Shown here: piece after piece, positions 8,228 to 17,410 of the stretch
How positions within the stretch are numbered: position 1 is the stretch's first letter
Layout of the letters: every line of letters begins with the position of its first letter
The notes under the pieces: generated by a model
The model's database searches: none
Told to the model about the DNA's origin: nothing
What the model saw: the letters and a program-made list of their open reading frames with translations, nothing else
Program-made: the position numbers and the translations under genes
Origin: Snowella sp.
GTDB taxonomy: Bacteria; Cyanobacteriota; Cyanobacteriia; Cyanobacteriales; Microcystaceae
Assembly (NCBI GenBank): GCA_035285545.1
Contig: JAYKGY010000107.1
Location: forward strand, 1-25,986
Direction: 5' to 3'
Length of the DNA stretch: 25,986 nucleotides

Positions 8228-8320
8228 CCGTTTTGGCTGTATTTCACTCCACCTACAAGTCCTAGCAGCCGCTCAACGCCATAACCCCGAACTCAACCTA
8301 GAAAACAGAAAAAGGTTTAA

Positions 8321-9712
8321 TTAAAACTGTTCTGCATCTACCCACGCCCCATGAAACCCATAGGGCACTCGTTGCGGTAAAACGACTCTCGCGATCGCCG
8401 GTTGAGTAACGTTTTGAGCATCGACCACGATTAATTCAGAGCGTTGAGAGGTTTCATCGTAAATCAACGTAATTAACCAACCCTGATCTTCCGCTTGGGC
8501 TTGGGGATGGGGAACAAAAACTGCCTCTCCACCATAGCAACCTGATTCAAAACGATGAATTTGGATGTCTCCCGTTGCCAAATCATATTTCAGCAAGCCA
8601 TCGAATAAAGGAACCTCTGTCGGCGCAGCCTTACCTGCATAACCGTAGCGAGTTTTTCGCCCTAAATATTGTTCATTGACACGGGGAAATTCACAGGGGA
8701 TCTCACCTAAACGTCGCTCCTTTACCTCTCCTGTTTTCAGGTTAAACCGCCATTCATACAGGAAGGGAATATTACCATCCCTTGCAGACTCTTCCGCTTC
8801 AATCGCAAGAACATTCGTTGAATTCATACGGCAGGCAATTAAAACAACTTCATCTCCTGACTCATAGGCATTCATCGTGTGGAAACAGTAACAACTTGGA
8901 CTCTCAAACCAGTGAATTTCTGACGGTTCTCCATGACGCGGTAAGATCCCAAAACGGCTGGGTGTTCCTTTTTCAAATAAAAACGCGGGTTGTCCCTGGG
9001 CAGCTCGTTCCGGTCGAAATGTGAGGGGAAAATCCAAAAAAATGCTGTAATGTTCGGTAATGGCAAAATCGTGCATCATCACCCCAACGGGTAATTCAAT
9101 GGGGATCAACTTCTGCAATTCCCCTTCAGGTGACACAATCCCATAGTGAAGAAAAGGTGGCTGGAAAAGGGAATACCCGAAAAACATCATTTCCCCTGTA
9201 ACGGGATCAACCTTGGGATGGGCCGTAAAAGCCGATGTTAACTTGCCGTCAAAATTAAAAGAACCAACCGTATCCAAAGACGGTAATTGAATTTGATGGG
9301 GTGCGCCGCCTTCCCACAAGGCTAAAAATTTATTCCCATGCCAGACTAAGGCCGTGTTAGCGGTATTTTTACTAGGGCCGTAGGGATTATCTAATTGAGG
9401 TGGTTCCAATAATCCCGACCAAATGGCTTTTCCGGCTTCCTTTTCCCGCTCAAAACCAAAGGTGCGGACATAACGATTTTTGTAACTGGCTTGTCCATTT
9501 TCCAGATAAATACCATGCAACATCCCATCCCCATCAAACCAATGGTATTCTCCGATGGGGGTAAATTGAGGATTTGGCCCATTACGAACGAACATTCCGT
9601 TTAATTCGGGAGGAATTTCTCCAATAACTTGCAGGTTCTCTGTTTGAATTTCGGTTTCAATAGGGGCAAAGTTATCGAGCAAATAGGGATTACTCGCTGT
9701 CATGGTTGTCAT
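8321..9712 (-). CDS. Carotenoid cleavage oxygenase family (RPE65/CCD/lignostilbene dioxygenase)
   Basis: RNGPNP, HWFDGDGM, NTANT and four Fe-ligand His contexts: TAHPKVDP, MMHDFAIT, CFHTMNA, PYGFHGAW. Confidence 0.93.
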   Translation of the reverse strand: MTTMTASNPYLLDNFAPIETEIQTENLQVIGEIPPELNGMFVRNGPNPQFTPIGEYHWFDGDGMLHGIYLENGQASYKNRYVRTFGFEREKEAGKAIWSGLLEPPQLDNPYGPSKNTANTALVWHGNKFLALWEGGAPHQIQLPSLDTVGSFNFDGKLTSAFTAHPKVDPVTGEMMFFGYSLFQPPFLHYGIVSPEGELQKLIPIELPVGVMMHDFAITEHYSIFLDFPLTFRPERAAQGQPAFLFEKGTPSRFGILPRHGEPSEIHWFESPSCYCFHTMNAYESGDEVVLIACRMNSTNVLAIEAEESARDGNIPFLYEWRFNLKTGEVKERRLGEIPCEFPRVNEQYLGRKTRYGYAGKAAPTEVPLFDGLLKYDLATGDIQIHRFESGCYGGEAVFVPHPQAQAEDQGWLITLIYDETSQRSELIVVDAQNVTQPAIARVVLPQRVPYGFHGAWVDAEQF

Positions 9713-9861
9713 CTTTTTTTTAGGATTTTTCTTTAGGATACCAATCCGTCAAAATTGTTGCTAAGATTATGGCTCAGTTTCGCTGATAGAAAAGACTAAA
9801 AGGCGATCGCGGGCAATCTATTAAAATAGAGAAAACCAAAGATGATAAAAATAAATAATCT

Positions 9862-10440
9862 ATGGCAACCACCGCAGACGACGTATGGCAACTATTAGCA
9901 GAATTAACCAATAGGCAATCCGAATTAACTGCCGCTCAAAAAGAGACAGATCGTCAACTCAAGGAATTAGGGAGACAAACTGATCGCCAACTCAAAGAAT
10001 TAGGCAAACAGATTGGGGGACTTGGTGCAAAATTTGGTAGCTTTACCGAGGCTCTTGCCCTTCCCTCAATGGAAACCATTCTCAGACAACGTTTTGGGAT
10101 GGAAGTCATCAGTCCTAGTGTACGAGTCAGCAAAGAAGGGAAACATCTAGAAATTGATGTTCTTGCCTATGCCAATGGTGAGCTAAATACTGCCTATATT
10201 GTGGAGGTTAAAAGTCATGCAAGAGAGGAGTCTATTAGCCAATTAAAAGCTATGTTGCAACGTTTTCGTACCTTTTTTCCTGAGCATAAAGATAAACAAC
10301 TTTATGGTATTTTAGCAGCTGTTGATATGTCTCCTGAATTACGCCAAAAAACCCTACAAGAAGGATTGTATGTTGCTCGGATTCATGACCAGGTTTTTGA
10401 ACTCGATATTCCTGAAAACTTCCAACCTCAAAGTTATTAA
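9862..10440 (+). CDS. DUF3782-like coiled-coil plus PD-(D/E)XK nuclease-fold protein
   Basis: N-terminal repeats (TDRQLKELG x2), GGLGAKFGSFTE, and an EID...IVEVKS motif typical of PD-(D/E)XK-like folds. Confidence 0.75.
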   Translation: MATTADDVWQLLAELTNRQSELTAAQKETDRQLKELGRQTDRQLKELGKQIGGLGAKFGSFTEALALPSMETILRQRFGMEVISPSVRVSKEGKHLEIDVLAYANGELNTAYIVEVKSHAREESISQLKAMLQRFRTFFPEHKDKQLYGILAAVDMSPELRQKTLQEGLYVARIHDQVFELDIPENFQPQSY

Positions 10441-10721
10441 GCCGCGACTTCTCTTAATTTTAATTTAGGGTCAGGCGTTAACAAATCAAGACTTTTAGGG
10501 TTGCTGACAAAAATGAACCAAGTAGAATGGCGTTAAGTTGATTCATTTCTCTCAACCGTTTCAAACCGAGTTTTTGTATCGGAGTGTCCCATTACCGTTA
10601 AAATAGGCCACGTCAAGTCATCCCCTGTTTCAGCGAAGCAGTCTAGATTCAGAATCCTAATCGATTTTTAGCCATTCCCAACAGGGTTACCATTTTATTT
10701 ACCCTCTTAACCATAAACATT

Positions 10722-12299
10722 ATGTCGAAAATTCTCGTATCTGATCCTATTGACCAAGTTGGGATCGATATCCTCAAACAAGTTGCCCAAGTAGATATTA
10801 AAACAGGACTCCCCGAAGAAGAAATTATTAAAATTATTGGTGATTACGATGCATTGATGCTGCGATCGGGAACAAAAGTCACCAAAGCCATTATTGAAGC
10901 CGGAACCCAGCTTAAAATCATTGGTCGGGCTGGGGTTGGTGTGGACAATATTGATGTTCCCGCTGCCACTCGTCAGGGGATTGTCGTCGTTAACTCACCA
11001 GAAGGTAATACGATCGCTGCTGCTGAACACGCCTTAGCCATGATGATGTCCCTGGCCCGCCATATTCCCGATGCCAATCAATCCGTTCGAGAGAAAAAAT
11101 GGGACAGAAAAACCTACGTTGGCACCGAAGTTTACAAAAAAACCTTGGGCGTTGTGGGATTAGGAAAAATTGGTTCCCATGTAGCGACGGTGGGTAAATC
11201 AATGGGCATGAAATTATTGGCCTATGATCCCTTTATTTCTAAAGAACGGGCCGAACAATTGGGCTGTACCCTGGTGGATTTAGACTTGCTCTTTTCCGAA
11301 TCAGATTTCATCACCCTGCATATTCCCAAAACGCCGGAAACCGCGAATTTAATTAACGCTGAAACCATCGCCAAGATGAAACCCACCGTTCGCATTATTA
11401 ACTGTGCGCGGGGTGGCATTATCGATGAAGATGCGTTAATTGAAGCCTTAGAAAGCAAACGGATCGCTGGGGCAGCCTTAGACGTTTTTAGCCAAGAACC
11501 CTTGGGAGAATCTCGCTTACGGGAACTCAACAACGCAATTCTCACGCCCCACTTAGGAGCCTCCACTGCTGAAGCCCAAGTGAATGTTTCTATCGACGTG
11601 GCTGAGCAAATTCGAGATGTCTTACTCGGTTTACCTGCTCGTTCTGCGGTCAATATTCCGGGTTTAACGCCAGATGTGATGGAAAAACTCCGTCCCTATC
11701 TGCAATTGGCGGAAACCTTGGGAACGTTGGTGGGCCAGTTAGCGGGTGGACGCATTGAGCAGTTAACCGTGCGATTACAGGGAGACTTGGCGGTTAATAC
11801 CAGTCAGCCCATCGTCGTTGCAGCCATTAAGGGTTTACTATCCCAAGCCCTACGGGAGCGCGTTAATTATGTTAATGCCGCGATTGAAGCTAAAGAGCGA
11901 GGTATTCGTGTGATTGAAACCCGCGATGCGTCAATTCGGGATTATTCAGGATCTCTCCATTTGAAAGCGATCGGCTCAATGGGAGAACATTCGGCAACGG
12001 GTGCATTAATTAGCAACGGTGAAATTCGCATTACGGATGTGGATGAGTTCCCCATTAACGTGCCGCCGAGCAACTATATGGTGTTTACCCTTCACCGTGA
12101 TATGCCTGGGATTATCGGCAAAATTGGCTCCTTATTGGGTAGTTTTAATGTCAATATCGCTAGTATGCAGGTCGGACGCAAAATTGTGCGAGGGGATGCA
12201 GTCATGGCCTTAAGTCTTGATGATCCCTTACCTGAAGGCCTGTTAACCGAGATCACGAAAGTAGATGGTATTCGGGACGCTTACACCGTTAAGCTATAG
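10722..12299 (+). CDS. serA: D-3-phosphoglycerate dehydrogenase
   Basis: GRAGVGVDNID, GVVGLGKIG, INCARGG, LDVF..EP, TPHLGAST, and C-terminal ASB plus ACT (DMPGIIGKIG) domains. Confidence 0.97.
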   Translation: MSKILVSDPIDQVGIDILKQVAQVDIKTGLPEEEIIKIIGDYDALMLRSGTKVTKAIIEAGTQLKIIGRAGVGVDNIDVPAATRQGIVVVNSPEGNTIAAAEHALAMMMSLARHIPDANQSVREKKWDRKTYVGTEVYKKTLGVVGLGKIGSHVATVGKSMGMKLLAYDPFISKERAEQLGCTLVDLDLLFSESDFITLHIPKTPETANLINAETIAKMKPTVRIINCARGGIIDEDALIEALESKRIAGAALDVFSQEPLGESRLRELNNAILTPHLGASTAEAQVNVSIDVAEQIRDVLLGLPARSAVNIPGLTPDVMEKLRPYLQLAETLGTLVGQLAGGRIEQLTVRLQGDLAVNTSQPIVVAAIKGLLSQALRERVNYVNAAIEAKERGIRVIETRDASIRDYSGSLHLKAIGSMGEHSATGALISNGEIRITDVDEFPINVPPSNYMVFTLHRDMPGIIGKIGSLLGSFNVNIASMQVGRKIVRGDAVMALSLDDPLPEGLLTEITKVDGIRDAYTVKL

Positions 12300-12326
12300 T
12301 TATCGCTTTGTAGTGTGTAAGAATTT

Positions 12327-13223
12327 ATGGCTAATAGCTGGTGGGAAATCAAGATTCTCGCTCATCCAAGTTTGGAAGAGACAATCTTTTGGCGATTGGA
12401 TAAGTTTGGCTGTTCTGGAACAGTGACCGAAGCCAAGGGACAGTCTTCCTTACTCCGTGCCTATATCCCCCAGTCCCAAGCCCAGCTATTAGACTTAGCC
12501 GCACTGTCTCTCTGGCTACATCAGGATTCTTTGCTCAGTGCGTTACCCCAACCCTTGATGCGCTGGAAACTCATTGAGGAGGAAGATTGGTCAAGTAGTT
12601 GGAAACAACATTGGCAGCCTACGGAAATCGGCGATCGCTTCTTGATCCATCCTGCCTGGTTGCCAGTGCCGGAAGAATCGGATCGTCTGATTTTACGCAT
12701 TGATCCAGGGGTGGCCTTTGGAACCGGAACCCATCCCACGACTCAACTTTGCTTAGAATCTTTGGAAATGCGCCTGAGCGAAGGGGCTAATGATATGGTA
12801 TTGGCCGATATTGGCTGTGGTTCAGGAATTTTGGGAATTGGTGCGGTGTTATTGGGTGCCCATAAGGTTTATGCCGTGGATAATGATCCCTTGGCCATTC
12901 AAGCCTCTCGTAGCAATCGCCATTTAAATCAAATTGATCCGTCCTATCTCGTCATTAATCAAGGCAGTATCGAGGCATTACTAGAACTCGCGCCGGAAGG
13001 GGTCGATGGGATTATTTGTAATATTTTGGCCGAAGTGATTATGGAATTAATGCCCCAGTTTTCTAAGTTGATCAAACCGCATGGCTGGGCGGTGTTAAGT
13101 GGTATTTTATTAGACCAAACCCAAGCGATCGCCGATGTGATTGAGCAAAATGGTTGGGTCGTGGCGGCGTTGTGGAAACGGGGAGAATGGTGTTGTTTCC
13201 AAATCCGTCGGGCGGAGAATTAA
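12327..13223 (+). CDS. prmA: 50S ribosomal protein L11 methyltransferase
   Basis: [47 protein letters not shown] motifs; 27 bp after serA. Confidence 0.96.
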   Translation: MANSWWEIKILAHPSLEETIFWRLDKFGCSGTVTEAKGQSSLLRAYIPQSQAQLLDLAALSLWLHQDSLLSALPQPLMRWKLIEEEDWSSSWKQHWQPTEIGDRFLIHPAWLPVPEESDRLILRIDPGVAFGTGTHPTTQLCLESLEMRLSEGANDMVLADIGCGSGILGIGAVLLGAHKVYAVDNDPLAIQASRSNRHLNQIDPSYLVINQGSIEALLELAPEGVDGIICNILAEVIMELMPQFSKLIKPHGWAVLSGILLDQTQAIADVIEQNGWVVAALWKRGEWCCFQIRRAEN

Positions 13224-13639
13224 CGCAAAACCCGAATAAACTCTAGGGGTAAACCGTCACTATCCGCGATAAACAGTACCTCATAGACGCGATCGCCGAT
13301 CATTTGCTGACAAGGTTCTAATAAGACCCGAAGCGAGTCTAATTCTTCGTTTTTACTAAATTTAGATCGTAATTCTTGTAACCAAGTGGGTAAATCGGGG
13401 CTTAACTCCGTCAGATCAAAGGATAAATGGTAATAGCCCACATAATGCTCATCCCCAAAGGCATCGGGCGCGGGTTTGGGTTCGGGAATTTGGATTAACT
13501 CAATACGTCCGCCTAATCCTTCCATCCAACAAGCGAGGGTAAAGCCCGTGGTAAATCGTTCCTTAACCGTAAATCCCAGTTGTTCATAAAAGGCGATCGC
13601 ACGGTGAATATCGGCTGTCCGAATCGAAGCGTGGTGCAT
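13220..13639 (-). CDS. VOC/glyoxalase-family protein
   Basis: [44 protein letters not shown]. Start set at ATG 13639. Its stop overlaps the prmA stop (TTAA 13220-13223). Confidence 0.88.
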   Translation of the reverse strand: MHHASIRTADIHRAIAFYEQLGFTVKERFTTGFTLACWMEGLGGRIELIQIPEPKPAPDAFGDEHYVGYYHLSFDLTELSPDLPTWLQELRSKFSKNEELDSLRVLLEPCQQMIGDRVYEVLFIADSDGLPLEFIRVLR

Positions 13640-13643
13640 AGCT

Positions 13644-13988
13644 TTAACCAAATTGTTCTAAATATTGGCTTAAATCGTCCAGTAAACGGGTTAATTCAGC
13701 TTCAGTGGTGAGGCGTATTCTCTCATCTCGGATGGTTAACAATACCTTTGCTGCAAAAGGACTGGGGTAAATATTGGGATTACAAAAGATTTCCAGAAAT
13801 ACATCCCCTGTATAGCAATATTCCATTGATTTTTCCGGTGTTGGTCGCCCGCCACTACTCCCTCTCGCCGCGATCGCTTTCAGACGTTGCATGAGTTGGT
13901 CAATTTCTGCTTTTAATATCTGGGCTGCTTCTACTGTAAAACTGAAGGAAACCGAACCTTGGAGCAGATTAAGCGTTAATGATGGCAT
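13644..13988 (-). CDS. Conserved cyanobacterial hypothetical protein
   Basis: 114-aa ORF with a HIP1 site and FLEIFCNPNIYPSPFAAKVL motif; ends 4 bp before the VOC start, so likely an operon. Confidence 0.8.
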   Translation of the reverse strand: MPSLTLNLLQGSVSFSFTVEAAQILKAEIDQLMQRLKAIAARGSSGGRPTPEKSMEYCYTGDVFLEIFCNPNIYPSPFAAKVLLTIRDERIRLTTEAELTRLLDDLSQYLEQFG

Positions 13989-14116
13989 GATGTTTGGGAA
14001 ATGTATTAAAAAAAGATAAAGAAAGATATTAAAGCCAATTTTGTTTTTATTTTAGTCGATCTATTCACGCATTTTTTGAATTAAATTTAATGGGAGAGAA
14101 ATCCGAACACCTCGAT

Positions 14117-14167
14117 TTTTCCACAGACTCAACCGTTTTTCCACAGTTTTTAGCCAATTTTTCCACA
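14117..14167 (+). repeat. Three co-oriented cyanobacterial-type DnaA boxes (TTTTCCACA)
   Basis: TTTTCCACA at 14117-14125, 14137-14145 and 14159-14167 (20- and 22-bp periodicity), adjacent to an AT-rich tract at about 14000-14090. Confidence 0.7.
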
Positions 14168-14214
14168 ATCTTTAGGACATCCAAAACAATTTTTAAGTTG
14201 ATGTTCGTTTATCT

Positions 14215-15426
14215 TCAGTGATGGAAACGCCAACATTCCTGCGCGATCGCCCAATCCTCCTCGGTGTGAATAATGAAAATACGAACGGAAGAATTGGGGG
14301 TTGAAAGATCTTGATCCCGCAAAGATTGTTGATTTTTTTCTAAATCTAGGTAAAGACCCAAAAAAGCAAAGCCTTCACACACTTTTTCTCGCACAATGGC
14401 CGAATTTTCCCCGACTCCTGCGGTAAAAACTAAAACCTCTAAGCCCTCTAAAGATGCAATCATTTGACCTAAACAAGCTCGGAAACGGTGGATATACATG
14501 GCAAACGCTAATTCTGCCCGTTGATTTCCTTCCTGAATTGCCTGCAAGATCGAGCGTAAATCGGCTGAAAGACCTGAAATTCCCTTTAATCCCGATTCTT
14601 TATTCAATACATAGTTTAATTGCTCGGCCGTTAACCCGTATTCTTGCATTAGATAAATTAAAATGGCAGGATCAATCGAACCACTCCGCGCCCCCATCAT
14701 TAAGCCTTCGAGGGGAGTAAAGCCCATTGTCGTATCGATACTTAGGCCGTTTTGAATCGCCGTTAAAGATGCCCCATTACCGATATGACAGGTAATCATC
14801 TTCAGATCGGCTAAGGGTTTATTTAAAATCTCGGCGGCCCGATGGGCACAAAATTGATGACTCGTTCCATGAAACCCATAGCGACGAATCCCTTTGGCGA
14901 TCCATTCGTAGGGAATCGGATAAAAAGCCGCTTTAGGAGGAATGGTGGTATGAAAAGCCGTATCAAACACCGCAATTTGGGGAATATCACCTAAGCTTTG
15001 CTCGATCGCGTCAATGCCTTCTAGATGGGCGGGATTGTGGGCCGGTGCGAGGGGAATCAAACGTTGAATGGTATTTTTAACGTCAGGCGTAATCAAAGTG
15101 GCTTGAGAATAATCGGTTCCGCCATGCACAACGCGATGCCCCACACAATCAATTTCAGCTAAATTTTGGAGAACAGCGGTTTCCCCCATGTATAGACTTT
15201 GGAGCATTTGCCGAATCCCTTCTCGGCGATCGCTGCTAGCTAATTCAATTTTTTGTTTAATCCCGTTGGCTTTAACCGTCAACAATCCTTGACCTTCTGC
15301 CACTGTCCAATCAATCATCGCGTCCCATCTCGGTTCAGGGGCTTGGGAGGGCAATCGATCATCCGGTAAATCGTAAAGGCAGCTTTTTTGACTACTCGAA
15401 CCCGCATTTAACACTAAGATTTTCAT
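14215..15426 (-). CDS. ackA: Acetate kinase
   Basis: ILVLNAGSSS.K, GHRVVHGG, LAPAHNP, VFDTAFH, RRYGFHGTSH, HIGNGAS, TMGFTPLEGL, FTAGVGEN, TEED.AIA. Confidence 0.97.
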   Translation of the reverse strand: MKILVLNAGSSSQKSCLYDLPDDRLPSQAPEPRWDAMIDWTVAEGQGLLTVKANGIKQKIELASSDRREGIRQMLQSLYMGETAVLQNLAEIDCVGHRVVHGGTDYSQATLITPDVKNTIQRLIPLAPAHNPAHLEGIDAIEQSLGDIPQIAVFDTAFHTTIPPKAAFYPIPYEWIAKGIRRYGFHGTSHQFCAHRAAEILNKPLADLKMITCHIGNGASLTAIQNGLSIDTTMGFTPLEGLMMGARSGSIDPAILIYLMQEYGLTAEQLNYVLNKESGLKGISGLSADLRSILQAIQEGNQRAELAFAMYIHRFRACLGQMIASLEGLEVLVFTAGVGENSAIVREKVCEGFAFLGLYLDLEKNQQSLRDQDLSTPNSSVRIFIIHTEEDWAIAQECWRFHH

Positions 15427-15660
15427 AGGCGATCGCCAATTTGAATGGAATTCCTCTAGCTTAAAACGGGGTTAACTTCAATACTTAACTGGTTAAATCT
15501 GGAAAAACGTGATGGATGGACTTCTGCCAATATTTTTAACAACAAACAGGGGCTTGGTCAATAGCGGACAATTGGAATCTGATTCTTCATAATGGCTGGA
15601 ATATTCAACAATCTGAGCTTCGTTCCGTATCTTTCAACTTTTGAAACAAGTCTTTTGATT

Positions 15661-15687
15661 AAATCCATTTTGTTCTGAGCTTCGTAA
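15661..15687 (+). promoter_or_regulatory. Candidate ECF sigma (SigK-like) promoter upstream of the thioredoxin-ccdA cluster
   Basis: AAATCC-N16-CGTAA. The geometry resembles the CCATCC-N15-CCGAA promoter of actinobacterial SigK, whose regulon includes dipZ. Confidence 0.4.
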
Positions 15688-15781
15688 TACCTGACAACAA
15701 GCAATGAATGGATTAAAACCTAGTAATACCCTCGGTTTCAAGATCAATCTGCTTAAAATACCCTTATTACTCTGGAAAACG

Positions 15782-16297
15782 ATGAAAATTAAACAACTTG
15801 CTTCCCTAGCCGCGATCGCTATCCTCAGTACAGGAGTCGCTACCGTTGCAACCTATCCCCAGATAGCTTTACAAGTTCTTTCGGCTGCCCTAGAAAGTAA
15901 AGCGATGGCAAATCCTTATGCGAATTCCAAGACAGAAACCTCCGTTGGGGGCCCCTTGTCTAAATCCTTGCAGGGTAAGCCCGTTGTGGTGGATATTTAC
16001 GCAACTTGGTGTTCTGCTTGTAAAAATATTGCCCCAACCCTATCCCAACTGAAACAACAATATGCAGGGAAAGTTCATTTTGTGGTGCTGGATGTGTCCG
16101 ATAAAGCTTCTACTGCTAAATCAGAGGCAAAGGCAAAAGAATTAGGTTTGAGTAAATTTTTTGAAGCGAACAAAACGCAAACCGGGTCTTTAACCATTAT
16201 TGATCCTAAAACAGGTCAAATTTTGAGTCAACACCGCAACAATCCCAACAAAAGTGCCTACACGACGGTTCTGGATAACGCGATCGCTAAAAAATAA
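15782..16297 (+). CDS. Exported thioredoxin-fold protein (WCSAC)
   Basis: Signal-like N-terminus MKIKQLASLAAIAILSTGVA, then PVVVDIYATWCSACKNIAP. Start moved to ATG 15782; ATG 15704 is the alternative. Confidence 0.85.
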   Translation: MKIKQLASLAAIAILSTGVATVATYPQIALQVLSAALESKAMANPYANSKTETSVGGPLSKSLQGKPVVVDIYATWCSACKNIAPTLSQLKQQYAGKVHFVVLDVSDKASTAKSEAKAKELGLSKFFEANKTQTGSLTIIDPKTGQILSQHRNNPNKSAYTTVLDNAIAKK

Positions 16298-16476
16298 AAC
16301 GTTTCTAGTCGGATCTTAAGTTTCTCTTCCGCTTTTGACCCGACTGAAGAATTCTCCGATTCCTAACTTCCTCGGTATGGAAGAAATTAAGATCAAACCT
16401 TCTCCCGTAAAGAGCGAGAAAACAAGCTTTTCAAAATTTACCCCCCTATTGATGATTTAACTCATCGGAGATTCCC

Positions 16477-17352
16477 ATGAAAAATATTCGGGAAATAGAC
16501 AATTCTATCGAGATTTTTTCGCACAAGAATTCTGAGGCTAAAAAACAGAAAATTCCTAAAAAATGGTGGCGATTGGGAGCTTTTTTCCTACTCGGATTAA
16601 TTCTCGCTCTCGGTCTTTATCAGCTAGTTACTCCGGCCATTGAACACTTTGTTTCCACGGTAGAAAATATCTATCAAAACTGGTTTAGCCAACAGGATAC
16701 GACGAATCCCATTATATTACTGCCCCTTGCCTTTTTTGGCGGATTAATTGCCAGTATTTCTCCCTGTATTTTAGCCCTATTACCTGTCAATTTAAGCTAT
16801 ATCGGCACACTCAAAATTGAATCGCGTTGGGATGCTTTCATTAAAGCCGGTTTATTTGTACTGGGTTCCGTCACTATTTTAAGTTTATTTGGTTTAGTCT
16901 CCTCTTTTGCAGGGGCTGTTATGGTGGAATACCGAGGCTATATCAACATTCTTGTGGGTTTTATCATGGGAGTAATGGGTTTGTGGTTGATGGGCGTGAT
17001 TAAAATTCCCCTTCCCCAAATGAATATTCCTACGCCTAAAGCGGCAGGCCCCTATGGGGTAGGTTTAACCTTTGCCCTCGTCAGTTCTCCCTGTGCTAGT
17101 CCTGTTCTATTCGGTGTATTGGCAGCAGCCGCAGCAACAGGTTCCCAGTTATTAGCCACGCTGACCATGGTTAGCTATGCTCTGGGTTATACCATGCTGA
17201 TTTTTCTTGCCAGTTTATTTACGGGATTGGCGAAACAAAGTAGGCAATTATTGCAACATTCTGAGGGGATCATTTTATTGGGGAGTTTTGCCCTAATTTT
17301 AACCGGCGCTTACTATCTTTTCACGGGTACACAATGGTTTATCGGAAGTTAA
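16477..17352 (+). CDS. ccdA: CcdA/DsbD-type transmembrane disulfide-reductant transporter
   Basis: Two conserved PC motifs (ISPCILALLP, SSPCASPVL) in a multi-TM protein with an extra N-terminal TM segment. Confidence 0.85.
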   Translation: MKNIREIDNSIEIFSHKNSEAKKQKIPKKWWRLGAFFLLGLILALGLYQLVTPAIEHFVSTVENIYQNWFSQQDTTNPIILLPLAFFGGLIASISPCILALLPVNLSYIGTLKIESRWDAFIKAGLFVLGSVTILSLFGLVSSFAGAVMVEYRGYINILVGFIMGVMGLWLMGVIKIPLPQMNIPTPKAAGPYGVGLTFALVSSPCASPVLFGVLAAAAATGSQLLATLTMVSYALGYTMLIFLASLFTGLAKQSRQLLQHSEGIILLGSFALILTGAYYLFTGTQWFIGS

Positions 17353-17410
17353 TGATATATTCAGATTAAAAATTAATATTTTTAAGTAGATAATCAAGAC
17401 TCGCAATCCT

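Noticed and set aside
14117..14167. CRISPR-like mini array interpretation of the repeated TTTTTCCACA
   Set aside because: Repeats (10 bp) and spacers (10-12 bp) are far too short and there are no cas genes. No CRISPR array or tRNA was seen anywhere in the window.
16307..16345. AGTCGG/CCGACT hairpin between the thioredoxin gene and ccdA as a terminator
   Set aside because: Short stem, large loop and no U-tract; at most an intercistronic stabiliser.
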